From an uncultured Actinomycetota bacterium (lineage in GTDB: Bacteria > Actinomycetota > Actinomycetes > JAHEKZ01), in assembly GCA_963718235.1 (NCBI GenBank), contig CAVQYR010000001.1, positions 1,824,001 to 1,888,000 on the forward strand: a stretch of 64,000 nucleotides of DNA, in the 5' to 3' direction. A program made the position numbers and the translations under genes. Positions within the stretch are counted from its first letter, which is position 1. Each line of letters begins with the position of its first letter. The notes under the pieces are model-generated. The model did not search any database. It saw nothing but the letters and a program-made list of their open reading frames with translations, and was not told where the DNA came from. Positions 51,083 through 63,371 of this stretch are shown here, in pieces.

Positions 51083-52357
51083 ATGCGGCAACGGATCCTG
51101 CTCACGGTGGCTGCGGCGACCGGCCTGGTGCTCCTGGCGTTCCTGCTGCCCCTCGCCGTTCTCGTGCAGGACGTGGCCGAGAACCGCGCGTCCAACGCGG
51201 CCACCCTCACCCTGCAGCCGCTGGTCCCCCTGGTCGGCTCCTTCGACACCGCGAGCGTTCGGCTGGCCGTCGACCAGGTCAACGCCGCAGCGGACTTCCC
51301 AGTCACCGTGTTCATGCCCGACGGGAAGGTCATCGGGGCACCGGCCACCCGCTCGGCCGCGGTCGACCTCGCGGCCACCGGGCAGTCGCTCACCGCGGAG
51401 ACCGACGGCGGCCGGGAGGTCCTGGTCCCCGTCATCGGAAGCCAGACCGCGGTGGTCCGGGTGTTCGTCCCGGATGCCGAGCTGCACGAGGGCGTGGAGC
51501 GGGCCCGGGTCGTGCTCGTGCTGCTCGGTGTGGTCCTGATGGGGCTGGCCCTGCTCGTCGGTGATGCGGTCGCGCGTTCCTTCCTGCGGCCGGTCCGCAA
51601 CCTGGCGCAGACGGCCGACGAGCTCGCCAGCGGCGACCTGACCGCTCGGGCCACCCCCGACGGCCCCGCAGAGACCCGGGCCGTGGCCCGAGCGATGAAC
51701 CGCCTGGCCCAGCGGATCACCGTGCTGCTGGCCGCCGAGCGTGAGGCCGTCGCCGACCTGTCCCACCGCCTACGTACCCCGGTCACCGCGCTGCGGCTGG
51801 ATGCCGAGGGACTCGTCCGGCCGGAGGAGCGGGCGCGGCTGCTCGATGACGTCGCCGCCCTGTCCCGATCGGTCGACGACGTGATCCGCGAGGCCCGGCG
51901 ACCGGTCCGCGAGGGTGGGGGCGAGGGCTGCGACGCGGTCGAGGTCGTCACCGACCGGGTGCGCTTCTGGGCGGTCCTGGCCGAGGACACCGAGCGCGCG
52001 ATGACCGTGGACCTCCCGGTGCAGCCCCTGGCCGTCGCCTGCAGCGCCGAGGACCTCGCCGGGTCGGTCGACGCGCTGCTGGGCAACGTGTTCGCCCATA
52101 CCGGCGACGGCACGCCCTTCTCCGTGCGGCTGCAGAGCCGGGCGGGTGGCGGTGCCCGGTTGACCGTGTCCGACCGGGGCGTCGGCTGGCCGTCCCCAGA
52201 CGTCGTCGAGCGAGGGGTGTCCAACGTCGGCTCGACCGGGCTGGGCCTGGACATCGCCCGGCGCACCGCCGAGGTGTCCGGGGGGTCGCTGCTCCTGACC
52301 GGCACCACCGGCGGCGGCGCCACCATCACCCTTGATCTGGGCGCACCCGACGGGTGA
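51083..52357 (+). CDS. Sensor histidine kinase
   Basis: 2 TM + HAMP, SHRLRTP H-box, N-box LLGNV, DRGVG, GSTGLGL. Confidence 0.92.
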   Translation: MRQRILLTVAAATGLVLLAFLLPLAVLVQDVAENRASNAATLTLQPLVPLVGSFDTASVRLAVDQVNAAADFPVTVFMPDGKVIGAPATRSAAVDLAATGQSLTAETDGGREVLVPVIGSQTAVVRVFVPDAELHEGVERARVVLVLLGVVLMGLALLVGDAVARSFLRPVRNLAQTADELASGDLTARATPDGPAETRAVARAMNRLAQRITVLLAAEREAVADLSHRLRTPVTALRLDAEGLVRPEERARLLDDVAALSRSVDDVIREARRPVREGGGEGCDAVEVVTDRVRFWAVLAEDTERAMTVDLPVQPLAVACSAEDLAGSVDALLGNVFAHTGDGTPFSVRLQSRAGGGARLTVSDRGVGWPSPDVVERGVSNVGSTGLGLDIARRTAEVSGGSLLLTGTTGGGATITLDLGAPDG

Positions 52358-52372
52358 CCACCGGTCCGAGGC

Positions 52373-53335
52373 TCAGGAGAGCCAGTGGGCCAGCAACGGG
52401 TCGAGTCCGACGGCGGCGAAGAGCAGGGTCAGGTACGTGATCGAGTAGTGGAACAGCCGCATGGGACGCAGTGCGGCGTCGGTCAGGCCGGCTCGCACCC
52501 GACGGCGCAGCCCGTACGCCTCGTTGAGGAACAGTGCCCCGAGCACCACGGCGACCACCGCGTACGCCGGTGTCATCGGGGCCACGGGCCACAGGGCCAG
52601 CGAGGCCGCGACCATGGCCCAGCTGTGGCCCACCGTGCGACGAGCGACCACTTCTGGCTCGGCGACCACGGGAAGCATGGGTACTCCGGCGGCGGCGTAG
52701 TCGTCGCGGAAGCGCAGGGCGAGTGACCAGAAGTGGGGTGGAGTCCACCAGAAGACCACGAGGAACAGGACCACTGCGGGCCACGCGAGCGAACCCGTGA
52801 CGGCGGCCCACCCGATCAGCACCGGCATGCAGCCGGCAGCTCCACCCCACACGATGTTCGACGGGGTGCGTCGTTTGAGGCCGAGGGTGTACACGAAGAC
52901 GTAGAAGGCGATCGCCGCAACCGTCAGCAGGGTGGCCAGAGGGTTGACGAGCGCGAGCATCACGACCGTCGAGAGGACACCGAGCACCAGGCCGAAGATC
53001 AGCGCCTCGCGCGGCGACACGACAGCGGTGGCCAGCGGACGGCGCCCGGTGCGGTTCATCACGACATCGATGTCGCGGTCGACGTAGCAGTTCAGGGCGT
53101 TGGCGCTGCCCGCCGCCAGCGACCCGCCGACCAGGGTGGCGAAGACCAGCCCCCACCCCGGTACCCCGTCGGCCGCCAGGAACATGGTCGGCACCGTCGT
53201 CACCAGCAGCAGCTCGATGATCCGGGGCTTAGTGAGGGCCACATAGGCCGCGATGGTGGTGCGCACCGACCGACGCGACCCATTGGCAGACCCAGTGGCA
53301 GACCCAGCGGCCGACCGGGAGTCCAGCGCGGTCAC
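52373..53335 (-). CDS. ctaB: Heme O synthase (protoheme IX farnesyltransferase)
   Basis: [12 protein letters not shown]...DRDID..M.RT..RP, WTPPHFW, DY..AGVPMLP. Confidence 0.94.
   Translation of the reverse strand: MTALDSRSAAGSATGSANGSRRSVRTTIAAYVALTKPRIIELLLVTTVPTMFLAADGVPGWGLVFATLVGGSLAAGSANALNCYVDRDIDVVMNRTGRRPLATAVVSPREALIFGLVLGVLSTVVMLALVNPLATLLTVAAIAFYVFVYTLGLKRRTPSNIVWGGAAGCMPVLIGWAAVTGSLAWPAVVLFLVVFWWTPPHFWSLALRFRDDYAAAGVPMLPVVAEPEVVARRTVGHSWAMVAASLALWPVAPMTPAYAVVAVVLGALFLNEAYGLRRRVRAGLTDAALRPMRLFHYSITYLTLLFAAVGLDPLLAHWLS
53277..53312. repeat. 3 x 12-bp imperfect tandem repeat in the ctaB 5' end
   Basis: GACCCATTGGCA GACCCAGTGGCA GACCCAGCGGCC, encoding [12 protein letters not shown] on the minus strand. 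Confidence 0.7.
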
Positions 53336-53467
53336 ACACACCTCAGGTCGGTCGCGGTTCGTCAGGGGCGGTTGCAGCGAAGCGAACGGGATCACTGTAG
53401 CCCGGTAGGCTCAGCCGGGGCGGCGAACCCCGCTCGACTCCATCCCCGAGACCTGCGAAGAGTGCCC

Positions 53468-55603
53468 GTGACGTCTGTCTCCTCCACCCCTGCCCCGTCG
53501 GTCGTCAGCAGCCTTTCGTGGAGCCCCTTGGACCAGCGGGCGGTCGCCGCGGCCCGTGGTCTGGCCATGGACGCCGTGGAGCGGGTCGGCAACGGGCACC
53601 CGGGGACGGCCCTGAGCCTCGCCCCCGCCGCGTACCTCCTGTTCCAGCGTCACCTGCGGCACGACCCGTCTGACCCGACCTGGCTGGGCCGCGACCGGTT
53701 CGTGCTGTCGATGGGCCACTCCAGCCTGACCCTGTACCTGCAGCTGTTCCTCAGCGGCTACGGGCTCCAGCTGAGCGACCTGCAGGCCCTGCGCACGTGG
53801 GGCAGCCAGACGCCGGGGCACCCCGAGGTCGGACACACCGCCGGGGTGGAGACCACGACCGGCCCGCTCGGGCAGGGCGTGGCCAACGGGGTGGGCCTGG
53901 CCCTGGCCCAGCGACGGGTCCGCGGCCTCCTCGACCCCGACGCCGCGCCGGGCGCCTCTGCGTGGGACTGGTCGGTCTTCGTCCTGGCCAGCGACGGTGA
54001 CCTGCAGGAGGGGGTGAGCGCCGAGGCGTCGTCGCTGGCCGGCACCCAGCGACTGGGTCACCTGACCCTGGTCTGGGACGACAACCGGATCTCGATCGAG
54101 GACGCCACCAGCATCGCCTTCACCGAGGACGTCGTCGCCCGGTACGCGGCCTACGGGTGGCACGTCCAGGAGGTCGAGCTCGGCGCCGACGGCGATGTCG
54201 ACCTGGTCGGCCTCGACGCCGCACTCACGCTGGCCCGGGCCGAGACGTCGCGTCCGTCGTTCATCCGGCTGCGCAGCCAGATCGCCTTCCCGGCACCGCA
54301 CGCGCGGAACACCGGAAAGGCCCACGGCTCGGCGCTCGGCGCGGCCGAGGTCTCCGCGACCAAGGCAGCCCTGGGCCTCGACCCGGACGCGACGTTCGCC
54401 ATCGCCGAGGACGTCCTGGCCCACGCCCGCACCATGGTGCAGGACCGAGCGCGCCGGCTCCGCCGGTCGTGGGACCCCACCTTCGAGCGCTGGCGCGACG
54501 CCCATCCCGACCGGGCCGCGCTGGAGCAGCGGATGCGCGACCACTCCCTGCCCCTCGGCTGGGACGCCGACCTGCCGTCGTACGAGGCAGGATCCATGGT
54601 CGCCACCCGGGCGGCGTCCGGGGAGACGCTGGCCTCGGTGTCCGCACGGCTGCCCGAGCTGTGGGGCGGGTCGGCCGACCTCGCCGGGTCGAACAACACC
54701 TTCATCGCCGACGCGGCGTCCGCCCTTCCCGAGGACCGCGGGAGCGCGATGTTCCCCGGCAACCCCTACGGCCGCAACCTGCACTTCGGGATCCGTGAGC
54801 ACGCCATGGGCTCGATCCTCAACGGGATCGCCCTGGAGGGACACACCCGCCCCTACGGCGGCACCTTCGCGGTCTTCAGCGACTACATGCGTCCGGCCGT
54901 CCGGATGGCCGCGATCATGGGCCTCCCGGTGACGTACGTCTGGACGCACGACTCGATCGGCGTGGGCGAGGACGGACCGACGCACCAGCCGGTCGAGCAC
55001 GCGATGGCGCTGCGGACGATCCCCGGGCTGACCGTCGTCCGACCGGCCGACGCGAACGAGACCGTCGCAGCCTGGCGGCTGGCGCTGGACCAGTCGTCCG
55101 GCCCGGTCGGGTTGCTGCTCACCCGGCAGAACGTGCCCGTGCTGCCGGGCACCCGGCAGCTCGCCGGATCCGGAGTGGCCCGCGGCGGCTACGTCCTGCT
55201 CGACGCCGACGCAGGACAGCCCGACGTCATCGTGATCGGCACCGGCTCCGAGGTCCAGCTGGCGGTCGCCGCCCGCGACGTCCTCCAGGCCCGCGGGCTG
55301 GCCACCCGGGTCGTCTCGCTGCCCTCCTGGGAGCGGTTCTGCGCCCAGGACGCCGCCTACCGGCACTCGGTGCTCCCCCCGGCGGTCCGCGCCCGGGTCG
55401 CGGTGGAGGCCGGGGTCAGCTTCGGCTGGCGCGACCTGGTCGGTGACCACGGACGGGTGGTCGGGTTGGACCACTACGGGGCGTCGGCCGACTACGCCAC
55501 GCTGTTCCGGGAGTTCGGCATCACGACGGAGGCGGTGGTCGAGGCAGCCGAGGCGGCCCATCGCGCCAGCTCGAGTGCCGACCCGCAACGGGGCCGGGCA
55601 TGA
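53468..55603 (+). CDS. tkt: Transketolase
   Basis: GHPG, RDRFVLS.GH, SDGDLQEG...DDN ThDP motif, HDSIGVGEDGPTHQP; start estimated. Confidence 0.95.
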   Translation: MTSVSSTPAPSVVSSLSWSPLDQRAVAAARGLAMDAVERVGNGHPGTALSLAPAAYLLFQRHLRHDPSDPTWLGRDRFVLSMGHSSLTLYLQLFLSGYGLQLSDLQALRTWGSQTPGHPEVGHTAGVETTTGPLGQGVANGVGLALAQRRVRGLLDPDAAPGASAWDWSVFVLASDGDLQEGVSAEASSLAGTQRLGHLTLVWDDNRISIEDATSIAFTEDVVARYAAYGWHVQEVELGADGDVDLVGLDAALTLARAETSRPSFIRLRSQIAFPAPHARNTGKAHGSALGAAEVSATKAALGLDPDATFAIAEDVLAHARTMVQDRARRLRRSWDPTFERWRDAHPDRAALEQRMRDHSLPLGWDADLPSYEAGSMVATRAASGETLASVSARLPELWGGSADLAGSNNTFIADAASALPEDRGSAMFPGNPYGRNLHFGIREHAMGSILNGIALEGHTRPYGGTFAVFSDYMRPAVRMAAIMGLPVTYVWTHDSIGVGEDGPTHQPVEHAMALRTIPGLTVVRPADANETVAAWRLALDQSSGPVGLLLTRQNVPVLPGTRQLAGSGVARGGYVLLDADAGQPDVIVIGTGSEVQLAVAARDVLQARGLATRVVSLPSWERFCAQDAAYRHSVLPPAVRARVAVEAGVSFGWRDLVGDHGRVVGLDHYGASADYATLFREFGITTEAVVEAAEAAHRASSSADPQRGRA

Positions 55604-56721
55604 ACGGGGTCCGGCGGCTGGGTGAGGCCGGGGTGTCGGTCTGGCTCGACGACCTCGGCCGTGACCGGCTCGACTCCGGTGGCTTGGCCCGGCTCGTCGA
55701 GCAGGGGGTCAGCGGCGTGACGACCAACCCCACGATCTTCGCCAAGGCGGTCGGCGACGGCGCGTACTACGCCAGCGACCTGGCCGACCTCGCCGCCCGG
55801 GGGGTCGACGCCGAGACCGCGGTCTTCGCGCTCGCCACCGAGGACGTACGTCGCGCCTGCGACGTCCTCTCGGGGGTCTACGCCGCGACCGACCGGGTGG
55901 ACGGGAGGGTGTCTCTGGAGGTCGACCCCAGGCTCGCTCATGACCCGGCAGCGACCATCGAGCAGGCCCGCCGGCTCTGGCACACCGTCGACCGGCCCAA
56001 CCTCATGGTCAAGGTCCCCGCGACCCTCGAGGGTCTGCCCGCGATCACCGCCTTGCTCGGCGAGGGCCTCAGCATCAACGTGACGCTCATCTTCGCTCTC
56101 GAGCGCTACGACGCTGTGCTCGACGCCTGGCTGGCCGGCCTGCAGCAGGCCCGCGACGCCGGCCGCGACCTCGCCTCGATCGGCTCGGTCGCCTCGTTCT
56201 TCGTCAGCCGGGTCGACACGATGGTCGACCCGATGCTCCAGGCCGCGGTCGACGGCGGCGACTCGGCGGCCACCCGGTCCCTCGGTACCGCCGCGCTGGC
56301 CAACGCCCGCCTCGCCTACCAACACTTCCTGGCCTTCGTCGAACGCCCAGAGTGGCGCGAGCTCGCTGCCCTGGGTGCCCAGCCGCAGCGTCCGCTGTGG
56401 GCCTCCACCAGCACCAAGAACCCCGCGTACGATCCGACGATGTACGTCACCGGTCTCGTCGGACCACACACCGTCAACACCCTCCCGGCCGCCACCCTGG
56501 ACGCCGTCCTCGAGGACCCGACGAGACCCGGCGCCGCTGCCGACACGGTGTCCACCGCCGGTGCCGCCTCCCAGCAGGTGATGGCCGAGCTGGCCGAGCA
56601 CGGGGTCGACATGAGTGCGGTCGTGACCCGGCTGGAGAGCGAGGGCGTCGCCTCCTTCGCCGCGTCGTGGGTCGAGCTGATCGCGGCCGTCGAACGCGCG
56701 CTCGTCTCGGCGCGGCCGTGA
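55600..56721 (+). CDS. tal: Transaldolase
   Basis: WLDDL, GVTTNPTIF, MVKVPAT, SFFVSRVD, RPLWAST. Confidence 0.95.
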   Translation: MNGVRRLGEAGVSVWLDDLGRDRLDSGGLARLVEQGVSGVTTNPTIFAKAVGDGAYYASDLADLAARGVDAETAVFALATEDVRRACDVLSGVYAATDRVDGRVSLEVDPRLAHDPAATIEQARRLWHTVDRPNLMVKVPATLEGLPAITALLGEGLSINVTLIFALERYDAVLDAWLAGLQQARDAGRDLASIGSVASFFVSRVDTMVDPMLQAAVDGGDSAATRSLGTAALANARLAYQHFLAFVERPEWRELAALGAQPQRPLWASTSTKNPAYDPTMYVTGLVGPHTVNTLPAATLDAVLEDPTRPGAAADTVSTAGAASQQVMAELAEHGVDMSAVVTRLESEGVASFAASWVELIAAVERALVSARP

Positions 56722-57485
56722 CCGTCCCCGAGGTGTTCGTCGTCCGCGACGCGCGGGTGCTCTTCGACGCGGTCGCGGCCCGGCTGGTCACCCGGGTGGT
56801 CGACCGCCAGGCAGCGTCCGGTCGGGCCAGAGTGCTGCTCGGCGGCGACCCGAACACCCTGGGCGTGCTGCAGGCCCTGGCCGCCAGCCCGGCTCGGGAC
56901 GCGATCGACGACACGGCGCTGGACCTGTGGTGGGCCAACGACGTCTGGGTGCCGCCGGACGACCCCGCCCGGGCGTCAGGGGCGGTGGAGCAGCTGCTGC
57001 GGCGCAGCCGACTCACGCAGGTGTCGCTGCACCCGATCCCGGGGCCCGGGCCGTCGCGCGACCCGGCCGAGGCGGCCGAGCAGTACGCCCAGGCCCTCAG
57101 CGCCGCCCGTGACCTCGACGACCACGGGCCGACACCCCGGTTCGACGTGCTGCTGACGGGTATCGGGCCGGGCGGTGGCGTAGCCGGGATCGCCCCGGAG
57201 CAGCCGGCGGCCCACGATTCCCGGGCGGTCACGTCGATCGGCGCAACCCCTCAGCACCCCGGTCAGGTCACCCTGACCGCCGCGGCCCTGACCTCGGTCG
57301 ACGAGGCCTGGCTGGTCGGCACCGGCCCAGCGGTGTCCTCCGCGGTGCATCTGGCACTGTCCGGCGCCGGCCCGGTCCAGGTTCCGGTCGCCGGGGTCAG
57401 GGGGCGTCAGCGCACCCTGTTGCTGCTGGACGACGACGCGGCCCGCAGGCTGCCGACGTCGATGCGCCGGCTCGCCTCGCCCTGA
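56718..57485 (+). CDS. 6-phosphogluconolactonase homologue with degenerate active site
   Basis: Pgl scaffold recognisable (AVAARL, LAASPARDAID, P.FDVLL.G.GP, ALSGAG.VQ.P.AG.RGR.RTL.LLD); GTGA coupling to tal. Confidence 0.8.
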   Translation: MTVPEVFVVRDARVLFDAVAARLVTRVVDRQAASGRARVLLGGDPNTLGVLQALAASPARDAIDDTALDLWWANDVWVPPDDPARASGAVEQLLRRSRLTQVSLHPIPGPGPSRDPAEAAEQYAQALSAARDLDDHGPTPRFDVLLTGIGPGGGVAGIAPEQPAAHDSRAVTSIGATPQHPGQVTLTAAALTSVDEAWLVGTGPAVSSAVHLALSGAGPVQVPVAGVRGRQRTLLLLDDDAARRLPTSMRRLASP

Positions 57486-57521
57486 CCCGCACCCAGGGGG
57501 TCAGCGGCCGGTCAGCAGCGG

Positions 57522-57854
57522 TCAGCGGCCGCGCAGCTTGGCGAGGGCCTCGGCGAGGATCGCCTCACCGTCGGCGGCGGAGCGCCGCTCCTTCACGTAG
57601 GCCAGGTGGGTCTTGAACGGCTCGTTGCGCGGCGGGGTGGGTGGGTTCTCCTGGTCCCGGCCGGCGGGCAGGCCGCAGCGCGGACAGTCCCAGCTCTCCG
57701 GTGGCTGCGCCTCGTCGGCGAAGCTGGGCCGGGACTCGTGTCCCTGGGCGCACCAGTAAGAGATCGTGCTGCGCGGCGCCGCGTCACCGCGCTCGGCCTC
57801 GCCCATCGGTCCGGCGCCGACCCGGCTTCCACGGATCGCACTGCCACTGGCCAT
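57522..57854 (-). CDS. rbpA: RNA polymerase-binding protein
   Basis: AIRGSRVG, YWC..GH, WDCPRCG, KTHLAYVKERRS. Confidence 0.93.
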   Translation of the reverse strand: MASGSAIRGSRVGAGPMGEAERGDAAPRSTISYWCAQGHESRPSFADEAQPPESWDCPRCGLPAGRDQENPPTPPRNEPFKTHLAYVKERRSAADGEAILAEALAKLRGR

Positions 57855-57950
57855 GTGTTGCTCCTCGTCCTGGCGCTCTGCTTGTGCTGCCGTCAGCGGT
57901 TTGCTGGTCGGGTGGTGGGGGGTCAGGCGGTCTTCGTTAGGCGGTGTTCG

Positions 57951-58190
57951 TCAGGCGATGTTGATCAGGCCCAGGGCCACGATGGTGGCGAACCAGACGA
58001 CACAGACCCCGATCGTGATCCGGTCGAGGTTGCGCTCGGCCACGCTCGACCCGCCGTAGGACGACGTGAAGCCGCCACCGAACATGTCCGACAGGCCGCC
58101 CCCCTTGCCCTTGTGCATGAGGATGAGCGCCACCACGAGCGCGCTGGTCAGCATGAGCAGACCGGTCAGACCGATCTCGACGGCACTCAC
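57951..58190 (-). CDS. secG: Preprotein translocase subunit
   Basis: LMHKGKGGGLSDMFGGG...ERNLDRIT. Confidence 0.93.
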   Translation of the reverse strand: MSAVEIGLTGLLMLTSALVVALILMHKGKGGGLSDMFGGGFTSSYGGSSVAERNLDRITIGVCVVWFATIVALGLINIA

Positions 58191-58269
58191 TGAGGACTCC
58201 CCTTCACCGGTCGGCCACCTGGAGCCGGGGTCACGGTCGACCCGGCCTCCGCAGAGGATACGTGGTGGC

Positions 58270-59058
58270 TCACTCGGGTGGGGCCTGGTGGTAGCGAACG
58301 ACTCGGACGAACTCCTCCGCGTCGAGGCTCGCGCCCCCGACCAGGCCGCCGTCGATGTCGGGCTTGGCCATGAGCCCGGGGGCGCTGTCGGCCTTCATCG
58401 AGCCGCCGTACAGCACCCGGACCCGGTGCCCGACGTCAGCGCCGACCTGGTCGCTGACCCATCCACGCAGGGCGGCGCAGACCTCCTGCGCGTCCTCGGG
58501 CGTGGCCACCTCGCCGGTCCCGATCGCCCACACCGGCTCGTAGGCGACGACCGTCGTGGCCACCTGCTCGGCGCTGAGGCCGGACAGGCCCGCGGCGAGC
58601 TGGGCCAGCACGTGCGGCAGGTGCCCGTCGGCCTGGCGGACCTCGAGCGGCTCCCCCACGCAGAGCACGGGCACGAGCCCGTTGCGGTGAGCGGCTACTA
58701 CCTTCGCATTGACGAGCGCGTCGTCCTCGCCGTGGTACTGGCGGCGTTCGGAGTGGCCGGCCAGCACGTACCCGCAGCCGAGCTTGGCCAGCATCGGACC
58801 GGAGACCTCACCAGTGAAGGCCCCGCTGTCGTGCACCGAGAGGTCCTGGGCGCCGTAGCCCAGGGACAGGTGGTCGCCGTCGACCATGGTCTGGACGCTG
58901 CGCAGGTCGGTGAACGGCGGCAGCACCACCACGTCGACCGCCTCGTAGTCGGCGTCGGAGAGCCGGAAGGCGAGGTCCTGGACCAGCCGGATCGCCTCCA
59001 GGTGGTTGCAGTTCATCTTCCAGTTGCCGGCCATCAACGGCTTACGCGTCTGGGTCAC
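58270..59058 (-). CDS. tpiA: Triosephosphate isomerase
   Basis: [31 protein letters not shown]. Confidence 0.96.
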   Translation of the reverse strand: MTQTRKPLMAGNWKMNCNHLEAIRLVQDLAFRLSDADYEAVDVVVLPPFTDLRSVQTMVDGDHLSLGYGAQDLSVHDSGAFTGEVSGPMLAKLGCGYVLAGHSERRQYHGEDDALVNAKVVAAHRNGLVPVLCVGEPLEVRQADGHLPHVLAQLAAGLSGLSAEQVATTVVAYEPVWAIGTGEVATPEDAQEVCAALRGWVSDQVGADVGHRVRVLYGGSMKADSAPGLMAKPDIDGGLVGGASLDAEEFVRVVRYHQAPPE

Positions 59059-60283
59059 CGGGGCTCCCTTCCCGCTGGTCTCCCAGCACCGCTGAGTCCT
59101 CCAGTGCCCGCAGGCCGGGAAGCTCCTTGCCCTCCAGGTACTCCAGGCTGGCTCCGCCCCCGGTGGAGATGTGTCCGAAGGCGTCGTCGGGGAACCCGAG
59201 GAGCCGTACCGCGGCAGCCGAGTCTCCTCCTCCGACGACGCTGAGTCCCTCGACCGCGGCGACCGCCGTGGCGACCGCCCGGGTTCCGGCGGCGAACGCC
59301 GGCATCTCGAACACGCCCATCGGTCCGTTCCAGAAGACCGTCCGCGCGTCGCCCAGGGCCTGCGCGAACCGCTCAGCCGACAGTGGACCGATGTCCAGGC
59401 CCATCCACCCGTCGGGGATCCCCGACGCGGGCACCACCTGGGTGTCGGCGTCGGCGGCGAAGCGGTCGGCGACGACGACGTCGACCGGGAGCACGATCTC
59501 GACCCCCCGGGAGGTGGCCTCGTCGAGCACCCCACGCACGGTGTCGACCTGGTCGGCCTCGAGCAGCGATGCACCCGTGCCGTAGCCCTGTGCGGCGAGG
59601 AACGTGAAGGCCATCCCGCCGCCCACGACGAGCCGATCGACCCGTTGGACGAGGTTGCTGATCACGGCGAGCTTGTCGGAGACCTTGGCGCCGCCCAGGA
59701 CGACCGCGTAGGGGCGCTGCGGGTCATGGGTCAGCCGGCGGAGCACCGCGACCTCCGCGCCGACCAACCGACCGGCAGCACTGGGCAGCAGGCCGGGGAG
59801 GTCGAAGACGCTGGCCTGCTTGCGGTGCACGACGCCGAAGCCGTCACTCACGAACACGTCACCCAGCGCCGCGTACTGCCGGGCCAGGGCCAGGCGCTCG
59901 CCGTCGTCCTTGCTGGTCTCCCGGGGGTCGAAGCGCACGTTCTCCAGCATCGCGACCTGGCCGGACCCCAGCGCGGACACGGCCGCGCGAGCGGTCGGAC
60001 CGACGGTGTCCTGGACGAACGTCACCGTCTGCCCGAGCAGCTCGCCCAGGCGCTGGGCCACCGGAGCCAGCGACAGCTCCGGTCGGACCTCGCCCTTGGG
60101 CCGCCCGAGGTGGGCCAGCACGACCACTGCGGCTCCCCCCGACAGAAGCTCTCGGATCGTGGGCGCGGCCGCCTGGATGCGTCGGTCGTCGGTGATCGTC
60201 GTGCCGTCGAGCGGGGTGTTGAGATCGGCCCGCAGCAGTACCGTGCGACCGTCTACCGCGAGGTCGTCGAGGGTGTTCACCAC
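59042..60283 (-). CDS. pgk: Phosphoglycerate kinase
   Basis: [44 protein letters not shown]. Confidence 0.96.
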   Translation of the reverse strand: MVNTLDDLAVDGRTVLLRADLNTPLDGTTITDDRRIQAAAPTIRELLSGGAAVVVLAHLGRPKGEVRPELSLAPVAQRLGELLGQTVTFVQDTVGPTARAAVSALGSGQVAMLENVRFDPRETSKDDGERLALARQYAALGDVFVSDGFGVVHRKQASVFDLPGLLPSAAGRLVGAEVAVLRRLTHDPQRPYAVVLGGAKVSDKLAVISNLVQRVDRLVVGGGMAFTFLAAQGYGTGASLLEADQVDTVRGVLDEATSRGVEIVLPVDVVVADRFAADADTQVVPASGIPDGWMGLDIGPLSAERFAQALGDARTVFWNGPMGVFEMPAFAAGTRAVATAVAAVEGLSVVGGGDSAAAVRLLGFPDDAFGHISTGGGASLEYLEGKELPGLRALEDSAVLGDQREGSPGDPDA

Positions 60284-60287
60284 CGGG

Positions 60288-61349
<1,062 letters not shown>

Positions 61350-61395
61350 TCACTCGACGGAACCCTCAGAGCCTGGGACCACCCTACCGAGCGGG

Positions 61396-62376
61396 TCAGG
61401 GCGTGAGCATGTCGGCGGTGAGGTTGGCGTCGGTGCCGGGGATCCCGAGGTCAGAGGCGCGCTTGTCGGCCATGGCGAGGAGCCGACGGATGCGGCCGGC
61501 GATGGCGTCCTTGGTCATCGGGGGGTCGGACAGCGCTCCGAGCTCTTCGAGGCTGGCCTGCTTGTGGTCGAGGCGCAGCCGGCCCGCGGTGGCCAGGTGC
61601 TCCGGGACGTCGTCGCCGAGGATCTCCAGGGCTCGCTCGACGCGCGCCCCCGCCGCGACCGCGGCCCGGGCGGAGCGCCGCAGGTTGGCGTCGTCGAAGT
61701 TGGCCAGTCGGTTGGCGGTGGCTCGGACCTCGCGACGCATGCGTCGCTCCTCCCAGGCCAGCACGCTCTCGTGGGCGCCGACCCGGGTCAGCAGGGCACC
61801 GATCGCGTCACCGTCGCGGACGACCACCCGGTCGACCCCGCGCACGTCGCGCGCCTTGGCGGGCAGCCCCATGCGGCGGGCCGAACCGACCAGGGCCAGG
61901 GCGGCCTCCGGCCCCGGGCAGGTGATCTCCAGGGCTGACGACCGGCCGGGCTCGGTCAGCGAGCCGTGCGCGATGAACGCGCCACGCCAGGCGGCCTCGG
62001 CGTCGCACAGCGCCCCGGACACGACCTGCGGCGGCAGCCCGCGCACGGGTCGCCCGCGGCCGTCGACCAGTCCGGTCTGCCGGGCGAGCTGCTCGCCCTC
62101 GCGCACCACCCGGACGACGTAGCGGTTGCCCTTGCGCAGCCCCGCCGGTGCGAGGACGGCGAGCTCGCTGGCGTGCCCGTAGACCTCGCTGATGTCCTTG
62201 CGCAGCCGACGGGCCGCGGCCCCGGTGTCGAGCTCGACCTCGACCACGATCTGTCCGGCCACCACGTGCAGCCCGCCGGCGAACCGCAAGATGGCGGAGA
62301 CCTCGGACTTGCGGCAGCACGGCTTGGTGACCGTGAGCCGCGCGAGCTCGTCCTTGACTGCAGCCGTCATCGCCAT
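61396..62376 (-). CDS. whiA: DNA-binding protein WhiA
   Basis: [46 protein letters not shown]. Confidence 0.96.
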   Translation of the reverse strand: MAMTAAVKDELARLTVTKPCCRKSEVSAILRFAGGLHVVAGQIVVEVELDTGAAARRLRKDISEVYGHASELAVLAPAGLRKGNRYVVRVVREGEQLARQTGLVDGRGRPVRGLPPQVVSGALCDAEAAWRGAFIAHGSLTEPGRSSALEITCPGPEAALALVGSARRMGLPAKARDVRGVDRVVVRDGDAIGALLTRVGAHESVLAWEERRMRREVRATANRLANFDDANLRRSARAAVAAGARVERALEILGDDVPEHLATAGRLRLDHKQASLEELGALSDPPMTKDAIAGRIRRLLAMADKRASDLGIPGTDANLTADMLTP

Positions 62377-63371
62377 ACGGGGTCCCTCCTGTCCGGCACC
62401 GCTGGGTCCTGGTACGGCCCTGGTGCGACGGTCCGGCCCGACATCACCTGTTCGTAGGCCGCGGCGAGCCGTCGGTGGTCGTGGCGAGCCGACCCGTCGT
62501 CGACCCTCAGCGGCGCCAGCACGACGTCTGCACCGTACGCCGCCGCCACGGTGCGCAGCCGGTCGGGGTCGGACACCGAGCCAGAGTCGGCGAGCACGAC
62601 GTCCAGGTGCATCCCGGGAGCGTGCCGGGCGAGGACCTCCAGGTGCGTCTCGGGACCGAAGTCGGCGGTCTCGCCCGGCTGGGGGTCCAGGTTGAGGACC
62701 ACCAGACGCCGGGCGGCCGTCTGGCTCAGCGCCTCCGCGAGATCCGGGACGAGCAGGTGCGGGATCACCGAGGTGAACCACGATCCTGGCCCGAGGACGA
62801 CCCAGTCCGCCCGGTCGACCGCGGCCAGCGCCTCGGGGCAGGCGGGTGGCTGCGGTGGCTCGAGGCGCACGTCGACCATCTGTCCACGCGTCGTGGCCAC
62901 CTCGACCTGGCCGACCACGACATCGACTCGCTGCGGGTCGGTCGGGTCGGCGCCGCGCACCCGGGCCACGATGTCGAGGGGCACCGCCGACATCGGCAGC
63001 ACCCGGCCCCGTGCGCCGACCAGGTCACCGAGCACCTGGAGACCGCGGGCGATGTCACCGCCGCACTGCTCCCACACGGCGACCAGCAGCAGGTTGCCCA
63101 CCGGATGTCCGCGCAGCTCCTGGGGCAGGTCGAAGCGGTGCTGCAGGAGCTCGCCCCAACCGGGCGCGGCGTCCAGGTCGCACAGTGCCGCCAGGGCCAT
63201 CCGAAGGTCACCCGGGGGCAGGATGCCGAGCTCGCGTCGCAGCCGCCCGCTGGAGCCACCATTGTCGGCCACGGTCACCACGGCGGTCACCGGGTCGCAG
63301 ACCAGGCGCAGGGCTCGAAGGGACGCGGCCAGGCCGTGGCCGCCCCCGAGGGCGACGACCGACCCGGTCAC
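62367..63371 (-). CDS. yvcK: YvcK/GlmR (CuvA) UDP-GlcNAc-binding protein
   Basis: [37 protein letters not shown]. Confidence 0.92.
   Translation of the reverse strand: MTGSVVALGGGHGLAASLRALRLVCDPVTAVVTVADNGGSSGRLRRELGILPPGDLRMALAALCDLDAAPGWGELLQHRFDLPQELRGHPVGNLLLVAVWEQCGGDIARGLQVLGDLVGARGRVLPMSAVPLDIVARVRGADPTDPQRVDVVVGQVEVATTRGQMVDVRLEPPQPPACPEALAAVDRADWVVLGPGSWFTSVIPHLLVPDLAEALSQTAARRLVVLNLDPQPGETADFGPETHLEVLARHAPGMHLDVVLADSGSVSDPDRLRTVAAAYGADVVLAPLRVDDGSARHDHRRLAAAYEQVMSGRTVAPGPYQDPAVPDRRDPVWR

Noticed and set aside
57482-57530. GGTCAGC triplet repeat and CTGACCC/GGGTCAG hairpin between the pgl homologue and rbpA
   Set aside because: Consistent with an ordinary terminator-like structure between convergent genes; too short for an array
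59042-59574. Possible Pgk-Tpi frameshift fusion as in Thermotoga (tpiA frame open upstream, 17-bp overlap)
   Set aside because: tpiA has its own RBS and GTG, no clear slippery site was seen, and open alternative frames are common at this GC content
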